Assembly: GCA_003971905.1 (NCBI GenBank)
Contig: RSEE01000017.1
Location: 186,001 to 250,000 of the forward strand
Direction: 5' to 3'
Source: Moniliella sp. 'wahieum'
Lineage: Eukaryota
Length of the DNA stretch: 64,000 nt
Position 1 is the first letter of the stretch, and each line of letters begins with the position of its first letter. Shown here piece by piece: positions 37,416 to 49,867 of the stretch. A program made the position numbers and the translations under genes. The notes beneath the pieces are model-generated. The model worked only from the letters and a program-made list of their open reading frames with translations. It searched no databases and was not told where the DNA came from.

Positions 37416-40314
37416 TTAGAACAAGCCCTGCACCTCGCCATTTTCATCCAGGTCAATGTCGTAGTAGCCTGGACGAGTCGAGAGACCCGGCATGGTCTGC
37501 ATGGCACCCAGCAACGGGTAGACAAACCCAGCCCCAGCAGCGAGCTTGACCGAGCGAATGGGGACGGTGAAGCCCGACGGGCGGCCCTTAGCTTAGGGTC
37601 GTGGCTGAGCGACAGGTGGGTCTTGGCCATGCAAATGGGCAAGTGGCCAAAGCCTTGTTGGGTGTAGGTTTCGATCTGCTTGGCCGCCAGCTCGCTGAGC
37701 TCAATCCCATCCGCCCCGTACATCTCCTTGGCGATCGTCTCAATCTTGGCCGGGATAGGCAGGTTGGCGTCGTACAGGAACTTAAAGTCGGATTGGGTGC
37801 CCTCCAGCTGCTCAATCACCGCCTTGGCCAGGTCCACCGCACCGGCTCCACCCTCCTCCCAGTGGTTGCTCGGCACCGCCGCATCAGCACCCGCCTTGAG
37901 CGCCTCCTCCTGCACCACCTTGATCTCGGCCTCCGTGTCGGTAGCAAAGCGGTTGATGGCAACAATCACCTTGAGACCAAACTTCTTGGCATTCTCAATG
38001 TGTTTGGCCAAGTTGGCGCACCCGGCCCGCGTGATCTCAACGTTCTCCTGGGTGTACACATCATCCAGCGGCTTCCCCGGCGTCACTTCAGGACCGCCAC
38101 CGTGGGTCTTGAGGGCGCGCACCGTTGCCACCAAAACGGCCGCGTCCGGACCAGCCCCGACTCACGGCACTTGATGTTGCAGAACTTCTCCATCCCAATG
38201 TCTGCCCCAAAGCCAGCCTCAGTGACGACGTATCCGACCTGGTCCGGAGCATCCCCTTCCTCAAGACCAGCGAGCTTGAGTGCGATCGCATCCGCAAGGA
38301 TCGAGCTGTTGCCATGGGCAATGTTGGCAAACGGACCGGCATGGACAAAGACCGGGGTGCCCTCCAGCGTCTGCATCAAGTTTGGCTTGATCGCATCCTT
38401 CATCAGCACCGTCAGAGCACCACCGCAACCAATGTCGTCGGCGGTAACCGGCTGGCCGGACTTGGAGGTGGCAACGACCATGTTGCCCAGACGCTCACGC
38501 ATGTCCTTCAGGTCGCGAGCAAGAGCCAACACAGCCATGCATTCCGATGCAACCGCAATGTCAAAGCCTGTCTTGCGGGTCAAGCCCTTTTCCGTCGGGG
38601 CCTCGCCCACCGTGATCTCACGGAGGTACCGGTCGTTGGTGTCCACCACACGGTGCCAGGTAATCGTGTCGGGGTCAATGTCGAGACGGGCCCATTTGAC
38701 CCGTTCCTCGGCGTCAGGTCGTCAGGATTGGTCTTGTCGATGCCCAACTTCTTGAGACGCTTGAACATGACAGGTGCAAATGTCCGCACACCCTTCTTCT
38801 TGGGCAGGCGGTCGAACAAAGGACCATCCTTCTGGGTCGCCTCGTGGAACATGCGTGCATCAATGGCAGCCGCCAAAAGGTTGTTGGCCGCCGTGACAGC
38901 ATGGTTGTCGCCCGTCAAGTGCAGGTTGAACTGTCGCAGCAACAAGTGTCAGATCAACATCAAAACAAAATAGCAAGTCACGTACCTCCTCCATAGGAAT
39001 AACCTGAGAGAATCCTCCCCCGGCCGCACCACCCTTGATGCCAAAGGTGGGGCCCTGGACGGCTGACGCACGCATGCAAACGCAGGTTGTGCAAGTGGGC
39101 CCAGAGCTTGAACCAGGCCGATCGTGGTAGTCGACTTGCCCTCACCCAGGGGAGTAGGGGTGATACCAGCGACGACAATGTACTTGCCATTGGTGCGGTT
39201 CTTGAGCCGGTCCAAATGTCAGAGAGACCTTGGCCTTGACATCGCCGTAGGGCTCAAGCTCCTCGGACAGGATGCCTACTTCGTTGGCAACCTCCGCAAT
39301 TGGGCGCGGGGTCTGCGAACGGGCAACAATGATATCGGCAGGAACGGGCTTGATGAGCTTGATGGGGTTGGGGGTAGCAACCCCACGGGGGTTGTACAGG
39401 CCCTTTCCCAGCAAACGCTGAGCTCCCAACAACACATTCTCCATTAAGCAAGCGATGGTCATCGGGCCCACACCACCGGGGACCGGGGTGATTGCCTTGG
39501 CCACCTTAGATGCCGAGGCAAAGTCGACATCCCCAACCAGACGGTGGCCCGACTTCTTGCTTGGGTCAGGAACGTAGTTGATTCCCACATCAATCACCAC
39601 CACGCCGGGCTTGAGCCACTCGCCCTTGACGAATGCGGGCTTACCCATCGCAGCCACGACAATGTCGCATTCTTGAGGTACTCGGGTAAATTCTGGGTAC
39701 GGCTGTGCACCTGGGTCACCGTGCAGTTCTTGGAGCGCAACAGACTCGACACGGGGTTCCCCACAATGTCCGAGCGGCCAATCACAGTGGCGGACAAGCC
39801 CGACAAGTCGGTGAGACCAGCTTGGGCCAAAAGTTTGATGCAGGCGGCCGGGGTGCAGGGCTCAAACATCGGGTTGGCCGCCTTGGAGGAGAGGTGACCA
39901 ATGTTGAGTGCATGAAAGCCGTCGACATCCTTGGTAGGAGACACCTCTCCGTCACGCGGCGCTCAGCGTCTGCATCAATGTGGTCGCCGAGGGAGCTGGA
40001 CGAGCACGCCGTGAACAGAGGGGTCCTGGTTCAGCAGACGGACCTGTTTGCGGATCTCCTCTGGTAGCACCATCGGGGAGCTGGACGTGGGTGGCTTTGA
40101 TGCCACACTCCTCAGCTGCCTTGAGCTTGCCGCGGATGTAGGTGCTGCTGGCGCTCTGAGCGCCGACCTGGACGATGCAGACGTGGGGACGGAAGGTAGA
40201 AACCTTGGCGCGCGTCTGCTCAATCGTCTCCTTGACGTGGGCACGGGTGGCCTTGGCCAGCTCGGTTCCGCTGATAAGCGCGGCACCCCCCTCGGAGGCG
40301 GACAGGGAGGACAT
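37416..40314 (-). CDS. ADE3: Trifunctional C1-tetrahydrofolate synthase
   Basis: [84 protein letters not shown]; ends VQGLF*. Confidence 0.96.
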
Positions 40315-40584
40315 GGCGTGGGCAGCGGGGTGGGGGGGGGCAGGAAGAGGCACCAGGTGGTGGTGGTGGGGTCGGGCGACGAAGCGAGGCGCCGAGAGAA
40401 GATCCAGACGGGGCGGCTGCCAGCGGAGAAGCAGTGGTCGACCGGTGAGGTGACCGGTGATGACCGGTGTCGCAGATGGGGCTGGCCGGACGGCGGGCGC
40501 AGGGGCAGTGTCCGGGGCAACCGGCACGGCCGCAGCGCGGCGGGTGGGCGGACTTGTGCCGTGGGCCGAATCGGATGCGAATTC

Positions 40585-40654
40585 ATCTGCAATCTGCAAT
40601 CTGCAATCTGCAATCTGCAATCTGCAATCTGCAATCTGCAATCTGCAATCTGCA
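40585..40654. repeat. Perfect tandem repeat (ATCTGCA)x10
   Basis: Counted directly; about 270 bp upstream of the C1-THF synthase ATG. Confidence 0.97.
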
Positions 40655-42200
40655 ATGCAATCGCCCGTCTGCACTCGGCCGCCGCCAGCAGCCCAGATGG
40701 GACTGCGTCGCTGGTGCACACGGCGACGGACAAACGATCTCTGCATCGACCGAGTCTCTCGCATCCCAATGTCACATCTTACTCTTACCGCCGCACCATT
40801 TTCTCCCCAACGCCCCTCCTTGCCGGACAAAGCCGTTGCCGACTTGCAAATGGCAAGGGGAAAGCGGGAAATCGTCCCAGCCGCCAGAATGCTACGACGC
40901 CGTGTCCCCGACCGCCTGTCGCATCACGTGATGAGCGCACGAGGCGCGGTTGAACGTTGAAGGTCTTTGTCCCCCCCCATCGGTTTGAACGTCTCCTCCT
41001 TCTGGTCCTGAGGGCGTCACTGATGACAGCCAAAATGGAGATGATGTGCAAACCCATGGACCCGATAGTGAACTGGCGTAGGGACTCTTTCCAATGCTCA
41101 AGCGGCAGAGAAACTCATCATACCATCAAGCAAGTGTGGAGCGGGAGCTTGCGGTCTCTATTTATAGGAAACGACAGAAGGGAGAGAAGGATCCCGCCTC
41201 AGTCTGTCGTGTGCTGATGGTCTGATGACCGGCCGTGACCACGACGAGCAAACTTAATAGAGGCGCAGAATTGTGCTACCTTCGGGTGCACGGATGCATA
41301 CGAGCACGAAATGCAGGGCGACAACATGGACTCAGTCTGGCATGAGCACGAACATATGGCGTCTCTTCCGCCTCAACAGCATGTACTTGAACAAAGGGAG
41401 GCAAGATGTTTGCGCATTGGAAGGATTGCTACTTACTAAGTCTCAATGGAAATGGTTCCTCGCTGGGATATGTCAATCACGTTCATCCGTGTCCACACAA
41501 CGCGCTATTACCTATAGGGTACGGGACCGGATGGCGAGAACCAGAGGGTCCTGATATCCTGGCGATCCCCTGATTCCTTAACCTTGGTGGCGCCTCCAAG
41601 TAAACCCCCACAACTTGAACGGTTCGGTTTAGACGTAGCGATTCCCCTGTTGTCCCAGCCTTAAGCTCGGTCAATGATATGGATGCAACTTAGGGATGAG
41701 CCAAGGGCCCACTTTCTCCGTGTTGCGACGGAAAGGTGATTCTGGGGAGCTGATGCGCTGATGGTTGATGTCGATGAAGGTCTTCAAGTGCACGGATTCC
41801 ATCCGCCAGAGGACAGTGACTCCGCTGATAATGTTCCCTTCTGGGTCATTCCTTTTCCCCCGCGAGTACTCGCAATTCACAGACTGAGGAGGATATCGCG
41901 CAATGAATGATTTCACAGTTTACCCACTGTACGTTTTCGTACACTGCGGTGGTGCTCACTGCGGGTTTGGAACCAAGCAAAATTATACCAAACACACGCT
42001 GCCACCGAAGCATCACACATGTCACACCGCTACAGGCCATGTCCCCCCGTCCACCACTTATGGTCTTCATTGGCGCAGTCACTAGCCAGGTACTCAATAT
42101 GCAATGTGAGTACTGAGTACTGAGTGCTCAACGCCTGTGCAAGAACGGGAATTGACAACTGATGCCGGGGGCTCCCTGCGCTCCATTGACATTATGATGA

Positions 42201-42434
42201 GAGACCTGGAGTCCAGATGGTCCTCGAGGGTGATGCAATCGCACTAGTGGTGGTGGTGGTCTAAGCCAACCAGCAACGTCTACAGAGGAACATCAAGCAG
42301 CCAGTCGCCACCAGGGGCTAAGCTGCGGAACAAGGAAAAACAGAAGAGAAAAACAACGGAACTCCTAGGCCTGAGGAGGAACTGAAGGGACATTGCTGTT
42401 GGCCAAAGCACGAGCCACCTGTTGATGGCTCAAC
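42201..42434 (-). repeat. Dispersed diverged repeat, copy 2 (inverted relative to 18038-18276)
   Basis: Shared colinear blocks GTTGAGCCA, CCCTTCAGT, CCTCAGGCCT, TTTTCCTTGTTCC, TGGTTGGCTTAG, ATCACCCTCGAGGACCA. Confidence 0.8.
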
Positions 42435-42641
42435 ACATTATCGTTGACAGGCATGACAAGAGTGACAGCATGCGATAGCCAAACGCATCTTGCCTTTTGC
42501 ATCATGGGGCCGCCGGGGAAGCGGCACACGGGCTATATCAAGGCACAGAGGCCACACAGGGCGCCCGTTGTCGCACGCGTGTTAGATGCGCCGTGCATCC
42601 AGTGGCGCAACCCCCAGTCACATGTCACAGGCCTCAGTCCC

Positions 42642-42683
42642 TCAAGCTTCAAGCTTCAAGCTTCAAGCTTCAAGCTTCAAGCT
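42642..42683. repeat. Tandem repeat (TCAAGCT)x6
   Basis: Counted directly. Confidence 0.95.
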
Positions 42684-45600
42684 TTTCAGGTCAGCTTCAG
42701 CTTCAGGCCTCACAGGCTGAGGCCGGCCTCAGGGCAAGAAGGTGAGAGGCTCAGCACTGGCTCAGCAGGGCTCAGGGCGCACACAGCAAGGCTCAGCATG
42801 GCTCAGTTGCGCTAGGGCACATGCAGGCGAGAGAGTGAAGTCGAATTAGCGCCCCCCCACACCTTTCCTGCGGCCCCCCGCAGCCGTAGGAAGTAGGATT
42901 TGTCCTGCTTTTGTCCTGGTTTGTGCCCCCCTTATCCCCCCCCCATCACTGCATCAGGCGGACCGTTGCGCCGGCCATCTTCAGGGGTTTCAACTTGTGA
43001 CGTGAGAGAGCTAAAGATGTCGAGTGAAACGCCCAACTACCCCTTATACCCCGTCAGTAATATGACGACAGTCCAGGGGGCTGTTTGGGAGACACGCCAT
43101 GTTGACTGCCGTCCTCCGGCTTCCAATCGGTACAGAGCAGGTTCGCCTCGGATCTCCGCCGGTTTTCACGCTGCGGACATCGTGCCAGCGTGGTGCTGCC
43201 CTGCTCCCCTAAGGCCTAACATTTTCTCCTGTATGCATAATCACTGGTCCTGATGTACCCAGTCCGGCCTCCTCTACGTGGATGTCTTTGTACCCATACC
43301 CAACTCATCTGGCTCCGACCCATATAACCTGCCATCCTTCTGCCTATCGGGTTCCCTACTAGGCCAATAATACAACATTGGATCTGCTGATAGGATACAT
43401 GCTGTGGTAGTGAGGCCTGAGGGAGGAGGGTTCAGCCAGTCAGCTTGAGCGCTCGTCGCAGCTTCGCGATCCCTTCTTTTTCCACGGTTTACTCCCCCTT
43501 GTGGCGGACCAGGAAGAGCCGTCTGGCGTGCGGTGGGTATAGCCAACGATGGAGAGTGATATGGCGATTTTGTGATTGATGAATGAACGCGACAAGTATT
43601 CAATGTCCTTAGTAGTATACGGCTTAGTATAGTATACGGCTCACTTCAAGCTGGCTGAGTACTTGAGTACTCACCCCATACAGCCACGAGCCAGCGCTGG
43701 GTTTGAACGTGCACACAACAATGCGGCCACGCTCGGCCAGCATGTGGCCGAGACTCAGCGCGCTCAGAGCTCAGCCTGAGCGCTCATGCGCTCATGCCAG
43801 CCTCTATGAACAAACCTGATCTGGACGGATGATCGAGATGCGTAGGAGTGTCGTTGTAGAAAGACGGAGAAGGGATCTGAGGCCAGAGGCCCGTTGAAGG
43901 AACCCCGACGTATGGTGTACCGCGCGACTGCGCACACAGATAATGCCTGCTCGCCGAGTTGGCCCATGCTCATTGTGAATCGATGCTGCATTAGTACCGT
44001 TAGCTCGAGAGGGAGAGCGGGTCTCATCTACATTTTTTAACGGTGCGTCCGCCCAAGTGGGTCGGGGGTGCAAAGCAAAAACGCCCTGAGATCCTGAGAG
44101 TAGCGTTTGTTTCGAAGAAAATGGTGCCAGTCGTCTGATGCGCTGGTGGCTCATCTTTGTCTCTCTCCTGCCCCCCATTACGAGTTGAACTATGGCGCAT
44201 GACATTCATGTTGACATTGTGAAGTGACATTGCATGACATGCATCAAACAATCAAGCGGTGTGAAGGATGATTAATGATTGATGCGCCTGATCTAATGTC
44301 CTTTTCTCTTATATCCCCGGCGTGAAGAAGGAACCGAGGCCGAATGCAATAAGACCAAGGAGGCGGGGAAGAACAGGTAAGCGCGGTGTGGTTGGTAGAA
44401 GGGTGTAACCCATAATGATGTCTGCGGCGGTGCTGTGGCATTAACAGCGCTGCTGGTGTTGGATGTTGGGGACTTTTGTGGTCTGAGCGTCTGGGGTGGG
44501 CGTTTGTGGGCGTCATTAATCATCAATGGCCTGTGGTGCTGTGGCAGCTGCGCACGTTGACATTGATTACACTTGCGATGCCACTCGAGTGAAAAGGAGC
44601 CTGAAGCTGGCATGGGCTTGGAAATTGGACGGGACATACTGGGAAGAAGGCGAAGCGCTTGTCTAATGTACTGCGCAGATGCGAAGAAAGTTTGATTCGG
44701 GCCAGGAACACAGGAGGGGGACGCGGGGGCGAGTGGGGCGATGATGCATGATGGATGGATGATTGAATGCAGGTGCCTAGTGCTCGTGCCTCCTGCATGG
44801 GGGCAGCGCAGTAGCACAAGGCGGAGCCCCACACCACCGGCACGGGCGCTCTGATCCACTCCAATTTCCAAGCCAAAGCCTCAGCGCCTCAGATGAGATC
44901 GATGATCGATGATCGATGAGTTAATCATTCACACTGTACGAATGTCACATGCATCACACACGATGAACCCTCGGCCTCAGCGGTGCGGCGGGAGCACAGG
45001 AGTCCCCACCCTGAGATGTCAGAATCCCACATCTCTTCAGATGGGTGCCAGCTGGTGACCGGTGGGTGGTGGCATGCGTGACATGGCCCGTGGTCGATGA
45101 TACGGTGACACGAGTGACATTCGGCCGATGGGAGCATGGGAGCATGTGAACGCGTGACGCGTGATGCATGTGACATGTGATGCATGATGCATGATGTCGG
45201 TGCATGGCATCGATCACCCATCTTCCATGCTGGAGTGGGCGTTGGTCGGGGCATTCGGATGGTGCGGGGGCGGGGGACGGGGGCAGTGTCTCTCCGCATT
45301 TGAGTCCTGTCGCCCCGTGCGTCATGCATCATGCATCATGCACCATGCACCGTGCATGCATGGCCCGCCTCTGGCCCCATGCGCCGGCGGTGTGCGCAGG
45401 GGGCAACACAGGGCGACACTGGGGGGTGCGGGGGCGGCGCAGAGGGCCGACGGCTGCCGGGCTGCCGGCCATCCTGGATGAATACGACCAGCCAGGCCAG
45501 GCCACGCCAGCTGGCGCTGCTGCCATGTCCACCACCGTCTCCACCACCGTCTCCACCACCGTCTCTGCCCTCACCACCACTCCCGACAGCGCCGCGCGCT

Positions 45601-45697
45601 GTGCTGTGTAGGGCCAGTCGTAGTTGTTCCACGCCCTCGCCACCTCCACCCCCCCCCCCCGCCGCCGTCGCTGCCGCTGCTGCCGCTTCCTCTGGCC

Positions 45698-47763
45698 ATG
45701 CCCTCCTCCGGCACTGCTACCGCCAGCGGTGCACCCGACCGCAGCAAGATTCCTCGCCCCTACCAGTGCCCGCTGTGTCCCCGCGCGTTTTACCGTCTGG
45801 AGCACCAGGTGCGTCCTTCCCTACGCCGTGTTGGTTCCCTGTCCGGTACCCCATGCTGACCGTTCCCGGCTTCGCCCGCCGCCGCCATGCAGACACGCCA
45901 TATCCGCACTCACACGGGCGAGAAGCCCCATGCCTGCCAGCACATTGGCTGCGGCAAACGTTTCTCCCGCTCTGACGAGCTGACGCGCCACTCGCGCATC
46001 CATGTCAACCCCAAACGCATCCGCATCCCCCACCCCGCCCCACCCGTCCCCTTCGTCCCAGGCCGCGCCCCGCCCCCTCCATGTCTCCCGACTTGGCCGC
46101 GCGGGAACCTGGCACCCTCCCCTTTGTCCCTGCTATGCCTGTGCCGGTCCCGATGGCGATGCCCATCCCCATGCTCCCGCCTACTGCGCCACGAGCCGTG
46201 GGGGAAGACGGCTGCCCCATGTCGTGGGAAGAATACTACCCTGGGGCTCGGGCCATACCAGGGAGCAGCCATCCGCCTCGTCCGCAAGGCGGGCCGTTCC
46301 GGTTTGTAAAAGATGCCGATGTCAGCATGGAAACTGAGCCGGAACGCGAAACGCCCTACTCCCGCTCCTTTCCGCCGCTCGGAGGTGGGAACAATATGAA
46401 TGCGCTGGCCATGCTGGCTGCAGAGGAGCTCGAGGAGCTGAATCAGTCCGCTACTTCCCCCCGGGCCCAGCCACGTCGCACTTGGGCCCAACACGACCCG
46501 CATGCGAGCACGAAGGGTGTATGGAATCGTACCATGAACAGATTGCTTCGGCGGTGCGAAGCAATTTTCCTGTCCCTGTTCCTGCTCACGGCCGGCAGAG
46601 TCCTCACTATGCCCACCCTGTCTCACAGTCTGTGCCTGTGGATCGCTCCTACTCTGGTTCGGCCTATCGCACCATGCGCCCCGCGCCCGAGTCGGTGGTT
46701 AGTTCCATGGCACCATCGCCCCGGATGAGCGCACTGGACCGCCCGGGGTCTGGGGAGGACGTTGAGTCGGACGGGGAACTGCCGCCTCCGGTCAGCTACG
46801 CATCTGGGTCGTCGATGCCTGTGTCTCAGCGGGCTTCTGCCAGTTGCCGGCCCCGTACGTTTTTCACGCCGTCGGGCTCGCCCATGTTGGGTCCGCTGCG
46901 CAACATGAGTCTCCGCTCGGCTCGGACCATGCCCAATACCCTCACACTTCGCGTCCTGGGTCGCCAGTGCATCTGCACCGCTCGCACCCGTCTCATTCGG
47001 CCATGGTCTCGCCCCCGCTTGGGCCGCGGGCGGGGGCGGCCCAAGGCTTGGACATGGTAGCGTCCGACTCTGGGCTGGTCCACACGGGCGCCAGCCACCA
47101 TTCTGTCCACCGCCACCGTTCGCACCCGTACAGTCCTGGCTCCACCTCTGTCAGCTCAGATGCGGCACGGGCTCGGGCTGGGGTGGCACGGTCGTTGCAA
47201 TTGACTGCCTTGCCTGTGGAGAGGGACGAGGCCGAGGTGGGATCACGTCCTTTGGCCCGCTCGCGCTCGTTTGGTGCCCATCGACGTGAGGAGGACGGGG
47301 TGGAGGAGATGGAGATGGTGGGAGCAATGGGGATTACAACGGCGCCCAAACGGCGAAAACGAATTTCGGACTTGTTATCGGCCGCACCGGGGCCTCCACC
47401 TTTGGCGCCCCGCCCTTTCCCCGGCGCCCGCTCTGCCCCTGGCAGTCCACACAGCAGGACACGCGGCATCACGCCCGTCACCGCACGTGGCTCCGCCGAC
47501 TCGTCCCCCGCGTCGGAACCGCGAGAGTTGCCCGGGCTGACCTACCATCCTTCGGCCGCCTCGTCGGTTTCCCATTTGGCCAGTGCTACCGGACCCAGTT
47601 CACCTACCGACACGAGGGCCACCTCGCGCCTTCGTCTTTGCTTTCCTTGGGCAAGTACAAGTTGCCTCCCCTGAGCGCCATGACACCCATTGTGCCCAAG
47701 GAACACGCATCCTCCCCGGCCGCCACGGCGCTGCCGACGTTGCGGACGTTGTTGAGCGAGTAG
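45698..47763 (+). CDS. C2H2 zinc-finger repressor, CreA/Mig1 family; intron about 45809-45892
   Basis: Spliced sequence [66 protein letters not shown]-terminal LPTLRTLL. Confidence 0.9.
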
Positions 47764-48286
47764 ATTTTTTTTGTTGCACTTATATTGTACCTTTTTTGCG
47801 GTGGCGAGCTTACGGTCCTGCCTCCTTGGGGTGCTTGCATCGGTGCCAGATGGCACGACGAAGCGAACCCAAGGAGGGCAGGGCCTGGACAATTTCTGTT
47901 GGCATTGATCAGTCCCGGTGTTGGTCCCCGGAGCTGACGCTTCTTCGTTCGTTCCAATGTACCATGACGCACGAAGGAAGGAAAGAGAGCAGCTTTGGTC
48001 AATGTAGGGGGGAGACGCTGGTGGGTTCGATAGATCTCTCCACCTCTGTTCAGTCAGGCCCCAGCCACGTCGCTGTCATGGGGGATGCGGTGCTGCGCGC
48101 TTGACGCACGGTCTGAGGAGAACACAGTGCTATGGTTTCCAGGCCTGTTGTTGACCAGGCGGAGGGGGGGCTACCACAGCTTCTTCTCTTTAGCACTCAG
48201 CATTCCATCCTTTTGTTGGGTGATCCACACACTCGGTCTCTCAGGGCTGCGCGGCCTGGAAAAAAATAAAGGACGCCCTGTCGGGT

Positions 48287-48367
48287 CGAACGACGCAGGG
48301 GTCGAACCTGCAACCTCCTGATTACAACCAGTCGTAGTCAGACGCGCTACCATTGCGCCAGCCGTCC
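48287..48367 (-). tRNA. tRNA-Arg(ACG) with a ~9-nt intron
   Basis: Cloverleaf: acceptor GGACGGC/GTCGTTC, D arm GCGC-AATGGTA-GCGC, anticodon arm TCTGA-CTACGA[CTGGTTGTA]A-TCAGG, T arm GCAGG-TTCGACC-CCTGC. T-run terminator downstream (48260-48270). Confidence 0.93.
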
Positions 48368-48713
48368 TTGTATGCCCATCAAGTGGACACAGCTATGAGA
48401 GGTGGACTTTGCATTAAAACCAACGTTAGTTTGCCTGGTTTCCTCAGCTTTCTCTTTTTAGCTTCTGCGCATGCATGCCTACCCCAACGCCAATACCAAC
48501 CACGCTGTCGCTACAGGCACCGCAAACAATACTTTAGAAATCCAACCTGGGCATGAGCACAACACCGAGTAGAGAGGTAGGTTGAGAGGTGGAGAGGAGA
48601 GGAGAGGAGAGGAGAGGAGAAAAAAAAGCGCAGGGAGGGGCAGGGACGACCGGCAGGTCGGTGGGAATGCGGCGACGGGGCCCGGCCACTAACCCCAGAG
48701 GGCGCGATTGACC

Positions 48714-49227
48714 TCATGAGGTCTGTGTTGGGAAGGGGAACGGGTTGTACCTCCGGGCCTCTTCGATCAACGGTTCCAAGTTACGTTCCTGCACTGCCGT
48801 GCGCACACACGCCTGGTACGAAGCAAACAGTTGGTTGCAATCGTCAAACTTGGCTTTCAGTTGGGCGCGTTTGGCCGCGGCGGCGGGCGCGCTGGTGGGC
48901 AAGTGGGCGTAGCTAGCTTGTCGCTGGCGTGGGGCGGGTTCACTCACGGGCTCTGCACCTTCCTCGGTGCGAGACCAAGGTTTCAGCAGCAGCTTCGTTT
49001 CGCCTGCCCCCCAGCTCTGGCTCGTCTCTTGGTCCGTTTCCCGGTCCCGACCGGACCGCCTTGTCAATCCCAAGGTACTCTTCGAACCAGAGGTTGAAGC
49101 ACGTGTCGTACGAGTGCTTCAAAGGCGTGCACTTGGCCTCCATTGACGGCATCCGGCCCAGTCCCGTCACGCCTTCGGCATCTGCCATGGGCGGCGAGGG
49201 CACGCGGGGAGGTTCTTCCGACACCAT
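48714..49227 (-). CDS. MDM35: Mdm35/TRIAP1-family mitochondrial intermembrane-space protein
   Basis: Twin CX9C motif: CTPLKHSYDTCFNLWFEEYL ... CNQLFASYQACV; one frameshift; start could be 49227 or 49188. Confidence 0.88.
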
Positions 49228-49867
49228 CTGCGCACCTGGGGTCAGCACGCTGGCTTCAACCAGACCCACCGGACAGGGCGGGGAGCTCAGCAAGGAGCCA
49301 AAGAGAGGAGGCAACAGGTACCACACGTAGGGTCTCGAGAGAACCGGATGATGACATGCTCGTCGGCACCCGACACCTGGTCGCTTGGATGGGGGAGGGG
49401 GGGAGTACGGACCGAGAAGGAAGGCAGGCAGGAGTGCAGAGGAAAGAGATCGCTGGGAAGGAAGATGTGGCCCCCAGTGACTAGCGAGTGAGTGACTGGG
49501 GTGCGGCTGCTTTTCCCCCCCATTGGACTGTCGTATTCCGCCCGCTCCTTCCGCCCGGCCCACTTGCCTGCGTCCCGCCGACGGCTACAATATGCGAGGC
49601 TATCAATTGGGCTTCGTATTCATCAGAGCGCCTTCTGCCAGGGCGGTGGCCAGGCAGTGCGCTGCCGCCGCCGGCGTCAGTGGGTAACTGGTAGCTGGGC
49701 AGCGAGCGTCTGGTTCTGCCTCCACCGTGTTCCAAGGTTCAACAAGTTCGTATCACAAAGAGCGTGTCAACGCGACAGAAGAAAGAGGTAGAGCAAAACA
49801 GGGTTACGCTGCAGTTCCCATTAAGGAAGAGGATATGAAGTGAAAGTGGAACCGCAAGAGGTCTCTT

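Noticed and set aside
39952..40960. ORFs with LQIADCR / ICNLQSA peptide repeats
   Set aside because: They are translations of the (ATCTGCA)n repeat in an upstream non-coding region.
18038..42434. Inverted repeat pair as the termini of a giant (24-kb) transposon or Starship
   Set aside because: The copies are highly diverged, there is no TSD, no transposase or tyrosine recombinase is seen, and the enclosed genes are core housekeeping genes.
42642..42683. CRISPR-like or telomeric arrays
   Set aside because: Short tandem units without unique spacers, no cas genes, eukaryotic context, and not a TTAGGG-type repeat.
45525..45611. Lipopeptide pheromone precursor
   Set aside because: It ends in CAV-stop, not a four-residue CaaX box, and no receptor gene is nearby.
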